From the NCBI GenBank assembly GCA_041664465.1, contig JBAYKP010000004.1, forward strand, positions 6,876-70,875: a stretch of 64,000 nt of DNA, given 5' to 3'. This document shows, one piece after another, positions 28,415 to 36,577 of this stretch; position 1 is the stretch's first letter; the number at the start of each line of letters is the position of its first letter. Both the position numbers and the translations under genes were made by a program. Under the pieces are notes generated by a model. The model had not been told where the DNA came from, searched no databases, and saw only the letters and a list, made by a program, of their open reading frames with translations. Source of the stretch: Minisyncoccota bacterium (GTDB lineage Bacteria > Patescibacteriota > Minisyncoccia > Phycocordibacterales > UBA9973).

Positions 28415-29254
28415 ATGAAAATTTCAATCTTGGGCTATGGAGTATTTGGTTCTGCTATTGCTTCTAGATTAGTTTTGAAGGGGCATCATATAATCAAAGA
28501 AGAAATTCATCAAGATACCGATATTGTCTTAGTGTCCGTTCCTTCTTATGCTGTCTCAGACGTTCTCATCTCTCATAAAAATGAAATTCTTAACAAGAAG
28601 ATTATAATCTGTTCGAAAGGTTTTGATAAAAGTGGGGAACTTTTTTCTAAGGTTTTAGAAAAAGAATTTCCCAATAATCCGATATATTTTTTATACGGGC
28701 CAACATTGGCAGAAGAACTTCGCCGAGGAGTCTTCTCTATAATGGTTCTAGCTGGCGGAGAAGGAAAAGAAGAATTGAAAAAGCAGATAGAGCTTCCAGA
28801 TTTAAGGATTAAATTATCTGACGATATTATTGGAGTTCAAGTAGGCTCGGCATTGAAGAATACAGTTGGGATATTTGTTGGATTAGTAGAAGGGGCAGGA
28901 TTGGGTGAGAATACTCAAGGTTTTGTATATTCTCAAGGTTTACAAGAAATACAAAAAATTGGAGTTTATATGGGGGCAAAATCTGAAACGTTTCTTGGTT
29001 TTACTTGCGCTGGGGATTTGTTTGTAAGGTCACGTAGTAGAATGCTAGGAGTAGAAATAGGTAAAGGACGACCCTTTGAAGAAGTAGCCAAAGAAATGGT
29101 GTATCCTAAAGAAGGCATTGCGTCATTATTAAATATTTTGAAAATGGATGGTAATCCTGATGTCAATTTAAATTTCTTCAAATTAATCAATGAAATTGTC
29201 TTTGAAAATATGCCAGTAAAAGAAGCGGTGAAAAGGCTAGCCGAGATGATCTAA
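28415..29254 (+). CDS. gpsA: NAD(P)H-dependent glycerol-3-phosphate dehydrogenase
   Basis: GYGVFGSA, CSKG, GPTLAEE, GSALKN, AGDL. Confidence 0.88.
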   Translation: MKISILGYGVFGSAIASRLVLKGHHIIKEEIHQDTDIVLVSVPSYAVSDVLISHKNEILNKKIIICSKGFDKSGELFSKVLEKEFPNNPIYFLYGPTLAEELRRGVFSIMVLAGGEGKEELKKQIELPDLRIKLSDDIIGVQVGSALKNTVGIFVGLVEGAGLGENTQGFVYSQGLQEIQKIGVYMGAKSETFLGFTCAGDLFVRSRSRMLGVEIGKGRPFEEVAKEMVYPKEGIASLLNILKMDGNPDVNLNFFKLINEIVFENMPVKEAVKRLAEMI

Positions 29255-29881
29255 CTTTCTTCTACGGAAGAGATCTATGAAGAAGAATACGTAGCTCGTA
29301 CCCTTACTTGAAAGATTGAAGAGTATGCCAATAGTAAACAGTATCAATGCCAGATTGATACTTATAAACGATACGCCGATGGCTAAAATAGCAGACATAA
29401 TAGGGAAGAGTATATGCATTCGGGCATGTGCGTTTTCTATTTGCGTGAATGGTGCATTTTCAATAGTTTGAGATTTGATAGCGTAGCTACGCATCGCGAA
29501 AAGAGAAATGCCTATCAAAATAATATTTAAAGCGAAAAATATTGTAGCAGTTTCTGAGTAAATATATTGACCCAAGAAATGAGAAGAGAATGGCACAAGC
29601 CCAACGAGAAAGAAAAAGATTCCATTTAGATTTGCGAATTCTGCGTCAATATTTTTCACAAGGACTGAAGCTATGAAGTGATGGCTTCTCCAGTAAGTAA
29701 AAATGAGAGAGAAGCTAAGAAGATAACTTAAAAACAATGGATACATATTGATAAGAGAGTTGATAAGAGTTCCTTCACTCACTATCCCTACATAGTCAGG
29801 GACTCGTATCTCAAAAACCAAGATAGTCATAACGATAGCAAAGATGCTATCTGCCAGCTGGTCTAATCTAAATTGTTTCAT
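29237..29881 (-). CDS. TMEM175-family potassium channel (DUF1211)
   Basis: RLDQLADSIFAIVMTILVFEI signature, YW..HH, multiple TM helices. Confidence 0.85.
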   Translation of the reverse strand: MKQFRLDQLADSIFAIVMTILVFEIRVPDYVGIVSEGTLINSLINMYPLFLSYLLSFSLIFTYWRSHHFIASVLVKNIDAEFANLNGIFFFLVGLVPFSSHFLGQYIYSETATIFFALNIILIGISLFAMRSYAIKSQTIENAPFTQIENAHARMHILFPIMSAILAIGVSFISINLALILFTIGILFNLSSKGTSYVFFFIDLFRRRKLDHLG

Positions 29882-29980
29882 CCCGCACAAAGTAAAAGGT
29901 ATTTTTTATTTTTACTCTAATATTAAATAATAATTAAACTGTTTCCTCGCAAGAAGATATAAATAAACTTTGTGCGGGAT
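29880..29980. repeat. 14-bp perfect inverted repeat overlapping the TMEM175 start
   Basis: ATCCCGCACAAAGT ... ACTTTGTGCGGGAT with a 73-nt spacer. Confidence 0.75.
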
Positions 29981-30280
29981 TCATCATATACTTTTTATTA
30001 TATCATAATAATTTATGTATATAAAATAAAATACCCACATTGTAAATGGGTTTTTATTCATTATACAAAGACATACTATTGTGTACATCTAGGATTTAGT
30101 ACAAGGCACCCTATTGTCATAGGCTAGATACTTAAACTCAAGACAATCATGGATTATCATAATTGTCTCTAAAATGAGAGTAAGTTAAAACTAGGAGAAC
30201 GATTTCAGTTTTCATACCAGGCGTAACCTTTTGTTACTATTTTTTATTACCTTATCATAACTAGATATTTGAGGCAAGTT

Positions 30281-30862
30281 CTATTTAAATATTTCATCAA
30301 TAAGCGCTTCTAGCCCTTTTTTTGTCTTGTTTGAGAAGGGGATTATGGGGTAGATGTCGCCTGCCATTTTTTTTAGTTCTGTCATTTGTTTATGATATTC
30401 ACTTTGCGTCAGTTTGTCTATCTTGTTGGCAACTATTATGAAATTTTTCTGATGATTTATAAGCTCATTGAACATTAGGATATCTTTCTCGGTCATTCCG
30501 ACTGTTGCATCTATTATCATCACAACTTTTTTCTGAGTGTAAATAGAATTGAAAAGATAAGAATCTATAAGTTCGCCAATCTTCTCACGCCCTAATCCAG
30601 AAGACCTAGCGAAACCATAGCCAGGCAAGTCTACGAAGTAGAAAGAATCATTCAAATCATTTTTAACTAGAAAAATATTTATCTCTTGAGTTCTACCAGG
30701 GAATGAGCTAGTGCGAGATGCGCTACTTTTAGTCAAGGTATTTATAAGGCTTGATTTGCCGACATTTGAACGCCCCACAAAGGCTATCTGAGGCACTCCA
30801 TCAGCCAGTATCTCATCATCTGAAACTAGCCCTTTTATAAACTTTGTAGAAGTAATTTTCAT
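30281..30862 (-). CDS. engB: ribosome biogenesis GTPase YihA/YsxC
   Basis: GRSNVGKSS, PGRTQ, VDLPGYG, NKID. Confidence 0.96.
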   Translation of the reverse strand: MKITSTKFIKGLVSDDEILADGVPQIAFVGRSNVGKSSLINTLTKSSASRTSSFPGRTQEINIFLVKNDLNDSFYFVDLPGYGFARSSGLGREKIGELIDSYLFNSIYTQKKVVMIIDATVGMTEKDILMFNELINHQKNFIIVANKIDKLTQSEYHKQMTELKKMAGDIYPIIPFSNKTKKGLEALIDEIFK

Positions 30863-30908
30863 AAGTCTATATTAGCAGAAAAGTGAAGTTATTGCGAAGG
30901 GTAAATTA

Positions 30909-31120
30909 GCGGACCATGAGTACATTTCTCGCCCGCGACTAAAACTTTTTCGTCAAAAAGTTTTGTCTGGGAGTCTCACGACACGATTTACTAATCGCTA
31001 GCTCATCTATTTTCTCTACTAAGAAAATATGATTCCGCTGTTCTCGTCCGCACGCAAAGTATGCAGATACTTTGCTTAAGGTCCACACTCAAAATAGCCT
31101 TATATTATAAGGTTATTTTG
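30909..31120. other. hairpin-rich element containing an inverted, interrupted copy of tRNA-Ala
   Basis: Plus strand carries TAGCTCATCT, GTTCTCGTCCGC and TAAGGTCCACA in tRNA order, separated by hairpins. Confidence 0.65.
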
Positions 31121-31124
31121 GCTG

Positions 31125-31197
31125 TGGACCTTAGCGGACTCGAACCGCTTACCTCCTCATTGCAAATGAGGCGCTCTACCAGATGAGCTAAAGGCCC
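31125..31197 (-). tRNA. tRNA-Ala(UGC)
   Basis: GGGCCTT/AAGGTCC with G3:U70, CCTCA-TT-TGC-AA-TGAGG, GGTTCGAGTCC. Confidence 0.97.
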
Positions 31198-31302
31198 TAA
31201 AACAATTAATAATTACTAATTAAGAATTAATAATTAAGATATCCCTATATTACCTTATTTTATATTTTTTGCAAGACATATAAAAACTGATATAATATAT
31301 TT

Positions 31303-31575
31303 ATGCAAACAGATTTTTCTAATTCTATTTCAATTAATATTGAATTTGATAAAAATTTAGAAAAAATAACTGGTACTTCGGGTCACACAGTAGTGATGAG
31401 TACGGGTGCTAACTTTATGTTTTTACTTAATAGTATTTTTATGGAATATCCAGAAATAATGAAAATTTGTAAACCAGGGGAATTAGGGTTCACTATCAAT
31501 GGTTATCCACCTAAAGAATATAGTCCACTTTTTGATAAAGACGTAGTTAGTTTTGTGGTAATACAAAACCTTTAA
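31303..31575 (+). CDS. small protein, possibly MoaD/ThiS-like beta-grasp fold without C-terminal GG
   Basis: 90 aa; L..ITG, FTING and L.DKDVVSF pattern; TGATATAAT just upstream. Confidence 0.5.
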   Translation: MQTDFSNSISINIEFDKNLEKITGTSGHTVVMSTGANFMFLLNSIFMEYPEIMKICKPGELGFTINGYPPKEYSPLFDKDVVSFVVIQNL

Positions 31576-31610
31576 ATAGATTCATACTTAGGTGTCAAAG
31601 TTATTAACAT

Positions 31611-31655
31611 ATATATTGTACAATATATTGACAATATTTTTCATACATATATAAT
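31611..31655 (+). promoter_or_regulatory. promoter and palindromic operator of the toxin-antitoxin operon
   Basis: ATATATTGT|ACAATATAT (31611-31628) abuts TTGACA-16 bp-TATAAT. Confidence 0.65.
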
Positions 31656-31661
31656 GAAAAT

Positions 31662-32441
31662 ATGATTAAAAATATATTTCTATTAGAACTAAGGAAAACT
31701 AATAAGTTATCTCAGGCTTTTATGGCTCAAAAGATAAGTGTTTCTCGTGCCAGTTATATTGAAATTGAAAAAGGAGCAAAAGAACTTACTCTTTCACAAG
31801 CACAAAAAATTGCTGATATTTTTAATATATCTCTCGAGTCTCTTATTTCTGGTAAAAAAACTTCTGAAATAGAAGTATCTTTTAGTAAAGAAAAAAATAA
31901 AGAAGAGAAAAAAGAACTTCGTATTGATGTTCCACAAAAAAATATTAAAAAATTTAAAGAAGTTCTATTATATATATTAGAAAAAGTTGGAAGCAAGTCT
32001 AATGTTGGAATGACTGTTTTGTATAAACTTCTGTATTTTATAGATTTTGACTATTATGAAAAATTTGAAGAGCAATTAATAGGGGCCACATATATTAAGA
32101 ATCATTTTGGGCCGACTCCTATTGAATTTAAAAAGATTGTAGAGAATCTTGAGTTAAAAGGAGAACTAGAAACTGTAAAAAGTAAGTATTTTCTACATGA
32201 ACAGACCAAATATCTATCTCGTCGTCAACCTGATATATCTGTCTTAAGTGCTCAAGAGATAAAGCATATAGATGAGGTTCTTTCTAGACTTTCTGATAAA
32301 TCTGCAACCGAATTAAGTGATTATTCGCATTTAGATATTCCATGGCTAGGAACAGAAGATGGAAAGGTAATAAAATATGAATCTGTTTTTTATCGAACTA
32401 AAGATACATCAGTAAGAATATATGCCGATGATAACTTATAA
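31662..32441 (+). CDS. XRE-HTH plus DUF4065 (Panacea/GepA-like) antitoxin
   Basis: N-terminal LRK...LSQ..MA.KI.VSRASY..IEKG; C-terminal LYKLLYFIDF, HFGPTP, ELSDYSH.DIPW. Confidence 0.85.
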   Translation: MIKNIFLLELRKTNKLSQAFMAQKISVSRASYIEIEKGAKELTLSQAQKIADIFNISLESLISGKKTSEIEVSFSKEKNKEEKKELRIDVPQKNIKKFKEVLLYILEKVGSKSNVGMTVLYKLLYFIDFDYYEKFEEQLIGATYIKNHFGPTPIEFKKIVENLELKGELETVKSKYFLHEQTKYLSRRQPDISVLSAQEIKHIDEVLSRLSDKSATELSDYSHLDIPWLGTEDGKVIKYESVFYRTKDTSVRIYADDNL

Positions 32442-32793
32442 AAAGACAGAGGATTTTGAAAAAGATCTCAAACGGCTTCTTAAAAAATTTCCAACATTGG
32501 TTGAAGATATTGAAATTGCCAAATCTTTTGCGATAGAGATGTATCACCTAAAGAATATAGACAAGAGATCGATTTTTCCGATTCCAAATTTCTTTTCTGA
32601 AACAATAAAAATCTGTAAACTCAAAAAGTTTGCTTGTAAATCTTTAAAGGGGCGTGGTGTAAAAAGTAGAATAAGAATTATATATGCTTTTTACGTAGAA
32701 ACTAAAACAATAGATTTTATTGAAATGTATTTTAAAGGAGAAAAAGAAATAGAAGATAAAGAGAGGATAAAAGAATATTTAAAAAACATTTAA
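32422..32793 (+). CDS. RelE/ParE-like toxin (putative)
   Basis: FEKDLKRLLKKF, RIRIIYA, EMYFKGEKE; overlaps the antitoxin stop. Confidence 0.7.
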   Translation: MPMITYKKTEDFEKDLKRLLKKFPTLVEDIEIAKSFAIEMYHLKNIDKRSIFPIPNFFSETIKICKLKKFACKSLKGRGVKSRIRIIYAFYVETKTIDFIEMYFKGEKEIEDKERIKEYLKNI

Positions 32794-32795
32794 TA

Positions 32796-34118
32796 TCAGA
32801 AGAGAGAAATTATCGCTGCGACGGCGGTGATTCCCATAAGTATAGTGGCGGCCCAACCTAGGAATCTGGTAATGGGCTTATTTTTATATTCACCCATTAT
32901 TTTATGGCTACTACTTATTTTTACAATGAAGACGAGGATGACAGGAGCTACGATGCCATTAGCTATAGCCGAGTAGATGAGAGCTTTAATAGGGTCTATC
33001 CCTATGAAATTCAAGATTATTCCTATGATTATAGAAATAGCGATAATTGCATAGAAAGCGTGAGCCGTTTTATATTTGCGATAGAGACCTTCTTTCCATC
33101 CGAAACTTTCAGATATAGCATAAGCAGTAGAGCCAGCAAGGACCGGTATAGCAAGAAGTCCAGTCCCGATAATTCCAATAGCGAAGAGGAGAGTAGCGAA
33201 TGGTCCTGCAAGTGGTCTTAAGGTCAAGGCAGCATCAGATGCTGTACCAATATTTGTAATTCCATTTACAAAGAGAGTATTTGCACAAACTGCAATGATA
33301 AAGAACATCACAATATTTGATAAGAACATTCCAATCCAAATATCTAGACGCATTTCTTTTACTTCATTGTGAGTTGTTCCTTTACGTGAGGCTACTGTCT
33401 TCTTGCCATCTCGGATTTCTTCTTCTATCTCTTCCGACGTTTGCCAGAAAAAAAGATAAGGAGAAATAGTTGTTCCCAATATTCCTGTTATAAGTAGGAT
33501 TTGAGTTTTAGTAAATGTTATTTGTGGTATAAGTCCATCGTGAAGTAAGAGAGACCAATCCATATGAATTATTAATCCGGTAGCAATATATGCGAAAACT
33601 GCAATGACAAGCCACTTTAAATATTTGGTATATATTCTATATGGCACTATTATTTCCAATAATAATCCTGCCAATCCAGTGAAGATAACTAGAAAAATAA
33701 AAGAAGCTTTTGGAGCTAAGAGTTGTACGGCCTTTGCCATCGCCCCCAAGTCAGCCCCGATGTTTAATGTATTTGCAAAGAAAAGAAGAATAGTACAAAC
33801 ATATAGAATTTTTTTAGAAAAATTTCTTTTAATATTTGAAGCCAGTCCTCGCCCTGTGACCATCGCTATGCGGGCGCACATTTCTTGGACCGTAGCCACA
33901 AGAGGATAAACCCAAACCGCCATCCACAAGAGACTTGTGCCGTATTGAGCTCCTGCTTGAGAATATGTGGCGATACCAGCTGGGTCATCATCTGCTGCCC
34001 CTGTGATAACTCCAGGTCCAATCTTTTTCAAATACTCTGTTCTTTCTTGTAATAAAGATTCTTTTTCTTCTGCCAGGGTTACTTCTTCGTCTTTTGGTAT
34101 CATTTTTTCATCTTTCAT
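32796..34118 (-). CDS. NRAMP-family divalent metal cation transporter
   Basis: GPGVITGAADDDPAGIATYSQAGA, GTTISPYLFFWQ, many TM helices. Confidence 0.9.
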   Translation of the reverse strand: MKDEKMIPKDEEVTLAEEKESLLQERTEYLKKIGPGVITGAADDDPAGIATYSQAGAQYGTSLLWMAVWVYPLVATVQEMCARIAMVTGRGLASNIKRNFSKKILYVCTILLFFANTLNIGADLGAMAKAVQLLAPKASFIFLVIFTGLAGLLLEIIVPYRIYTKYLKWLVIAVFAYIATGLIIHMDWSLLLHDGLIPQITFTKTQILLITGILGTTISPYLFFWQTSEEIEEEIRDGKKTVASRKGTTHNEVKEMRLDIWIGMFLSNIVMFFIIAVCANTLFVNGITNIGTASDAALTLRPLAGPFATLLFAIGIIGTGLLAIPVLAGSTAYAISESFGWKEGLYRKYKTAHAFYAIIAISIIIGIILNFIGIDPIKALIYSAIANGIVAPVILVFIVKISSSHKIMGEYKNKPITRFLGWAATILMGITAVAAIISLF

Positions 34119-34171
34119 ATATTATATAATATACTATTTTAAAAGAATTTGGTACAATATAAGTACTACTT

Positions 34172-35713
34172 ATGGCGCTAAACAAACCAAACAAAATTCA
34201 GATAATAAAATATGCTCCACCACCACCAGATCTGCCGACGTTGGGTAGAGTAGATCCAAGTGATGTTGCTTTCATTGGCCGTACAAATTATGTTGCTTCT
34301 CTTGAAGAAAAGAGGTTTGTTTTCGGTATCAAGCGTATAGACCGTAGACGTCATATGTACATCATTGGTAAATCTGGAGTTGGTAAATCTAAACTTCAAG
34401 AATTAATGATTCGCCAAGATATTGCTTATGGGCATGGTGTCTGTATTATTGATCCACACGGTGAGCTCATAGAAGATATTTTGAATTTTATCCCAGAAGA
34501 AAGAATCGAAGACGTCTGCGTAATAGATCCGGGAGATATTGATTTCCCTTCATCCTTTAATCCGCTTGCCAATATTGACCCAACTTTCAAACATCAACTT
34601 ACTCAAGGGTTGATAGAAGTTCTCCGTAAGCAGTTCGGAGCGAACTGGACGCCACGTCTAGAGCACGTTTTTCGTTTTACGGTTCTTGCCTTGCTTGACT
34701 ATCCATTTGCGACAATGCGCGGAATGATAAGTATGCTAACTGATCGTAATTATCGTCAGAAAGTGGTGGAGTATATAGAAGACGACATGGTCAAAAGATT
34801 CTGGGCTATAGAATTCGCTGACTGGTCTGAGAAGTTTGATACGGACGCCATCATTCCTTTGGTGAACAAGCTTGGGCAATTCCTTTCTGATCCAATGCTC
34901 CGAAATATTTTCGGACAGAAAGAAAATAAAATAGATCTAGAACAAATAATGAATGAGCAGAAGATTCTGATGATTAATCTTTCTAAGGGTAAGATTGGTG
35001 AAGAGAACTCATCTTTCTTTGGAGCGATGTTCCTTACCAAGATCAAGCAGGCTGGTATGGCTCGTGCCAAGCTTGAGCCGAAAGATCGTGCGGACTTTTA
35101 TGTTTATGTGGATGAGTTCCAAAACATTGTGACAGATACATTTGAGAACATTCTTTCAGAGGCTCGTAAGTATGGATTGAACCTCATTATCGCTCACCAG
35201 TATATAGCGCAGTTATTACCGAAAGTTCAGCAAGCTGTCCTTGGTAATGTGGGCTCCATAGTGACATTCCGTGTTGGAGGTGATGATGCTACGAAGTTGA
35301 AGCCCGAGTTCGCACCAGTCTTTGATGTGAAAGATATGATTAATCTTGGAGTTGGAGAATTTTATATTAAGATGACGATTGATGGAGAAAGTTATGATCC
35401 GTTTTCAGGAGAGACATTGAAAGTTCTTCCCGCGACACATCCTTCTTATAGGCAAAGAGTTATAGAAGCTTCACGTCGCAAATATTCTATCCCTGCTGGT
35501 GACGCTCAGCGTTTGATAGCCGAAGAAGAAGCCACTATCATCCGTAGTGCTCAAGAAAAGGCTGCAATCACTGGCAAGAAAGGAAAAAGTGAAGAATCTA
35601 ATGAAGAAGAGGAAAACAATAAAGAAGAAAATGATGAAATAGAAAATAAAGAAGAACAAAAAAGCAAACCAAAACCTAAAAAAGAAGAAAAAGGCGGCGA
35701 GCCATTAATCTAA
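34172..35713 (+). CDS. type IV coupling protein-like (TrwB/VirD4/HerA) ATPase
   Basis: Walker A GKSGVGKS, IDPHGE, Walker B YVDEFQN, SEARKYG, AHQY. Confidence 0.85.
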   Translation: MALNKPNKIQIIKYAPPPPDLPTLGRVDPSDVAFIGRTNYVASLEEKRFVFGIKRIDRRRHMYIIGKSGVGKSKLQELMIRQDIAYGHGVCIIDPHGELIEDILNFIPEERIEDVCVIDPGDIDFPSSFNPLANIDPTFKHQLTQGLIEVLRKQFGANWTPRLEHVFRFTVLALLDYPFATMRGMISMLTDRNYRQKVVEYIEDDMVKRFWAIEFADWSEKFDTDAIIPLVNKLGQFLSDPMLRNIFGQKENKIDLEQIMNEQKILMINLSKGKIGEENSSFFGAMFLTKIKQAGMARAKLEPKDRADFYVYVDEFQNIVTDTFENILSEARKYGLNLIIAHQYIAQLLPKVQQAVLGNVGSIVTFRVGGDDATKLKPEFAPVFDVKDMINLGVGEFYIKMTIDGESYDPFSGETLKVLPATHPSYRQRVIEASRRKYSIPAGDAQRLIAEEEATIIRSAQEKAAITGKKGKSEESNEEEENNKEENDEIENKEEQKSKPKPKKEEKGGEPLI

Positions 35714-35791
35714 TTAACTTTGTTTACAAGGCAATCCAGAGTGGTATAATTATAATACAAGGTCGCAAAGCTTAATTTCTCTATATATTTT

Positions 35792-36097
35792 ATGGTATTT
35801 ATCTATACAACATGTAAAAATGTAGAAGAGGCACAAAAGCTAGGAGGACTTATTATAAGTAAGAAAATAGCTGCTTGTGTGGATTTCTGGCCTATATCTT
35901 CTTGTTATAATTGGAAGGGAAGTCTTCAATGTATATCTCAGGCGATGCTTTTGATCACTACTTTTGAATCAAAATTAGAAGAAGTGAATCAAATCATTTC
36001 AGAGAACCATACTTATAGTACTCCTCTTATCGCCGGAGTGGATGTCCGTCGCATTAATCACCCTTATAAAGAATGGATGATGGAAGAAATAGTTTAA
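35792..36097 (+). CDS. cutA: divalent-cation tolerance protein CutA
   Basis: IYTTC...EEA, AACV, YNWKG, HTYSTP, Y.EW. Confidence 0.88.
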   Translation: MVFIYTTCKNVEEAQKLGGLIISKKIAACVDFWPISSCYNWKGSLQCISQAMLLITTFESKLEEVNQIISENHTYSTPLIAGVDVRRINHPYKEWMMEEIV

Positions 36098-36107
36098 TGC
36101 CTTTTAT

Positions 36108-36527
36108 ATGAATTCAAAGAAAATTTTAATTTTTGGAGTATTTGATGGTATACATGATGGCCATATGCATTTTGTAAATGAAGCTAGAACGCATGGCGAT
36201 CACCTCGTAGCTGTCGTGGCGCGTGATGCCGTGGTAGAAGAACTGAAAGGTGTATTACCAAAAGAGAATGAAGTAGAGAGAATAAAAGAACTTTTAAAAA
36301 TTCCCGAGATAGACCTCGTGCTTTTAGGAGATCCACAGATTGGTACTTATAATGTGCTCAAAGAAGTGAAGCCCGATATTGTATTCCTTGGATATGACCA
36401 AGAGGCACTTAAAAAAGATTTAGATAAGAAAATAAAAAGTGGTATTTTAAAAGATATAGAGATTGTCATTGGCACATCGCACAAAGGAGAAGAATTGCAC
36501 TCATCAATTTTGAAAAAGAAAAAATAA
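36108..36527 (+). CDS. cytidylyltransferase-family (FAD synthetase/TagD-like) nucleotidyltransferase
   Basis: FGVFDGIHDGH, VVARD, KPDIVFLGYDQ, HSS. Confidence 0.85.
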   Translation: MNSKKILIFGVFDGIHDGHMHFVNEARTHGDHLVAVVARDAVVEELKGVLPKENEVERIKELLKIPEIDLVLLGDPQIGTYNVLKEVKPDIVFLGYDQEALKKDLDKKIKSGILKDIEIVIGTSHKGEELHSSILKKKK

Positions 36528-36577
36528 ACTCGGAACCTTTTATATTTTAAAGAATCAAGGTATACTATAACTAATCT

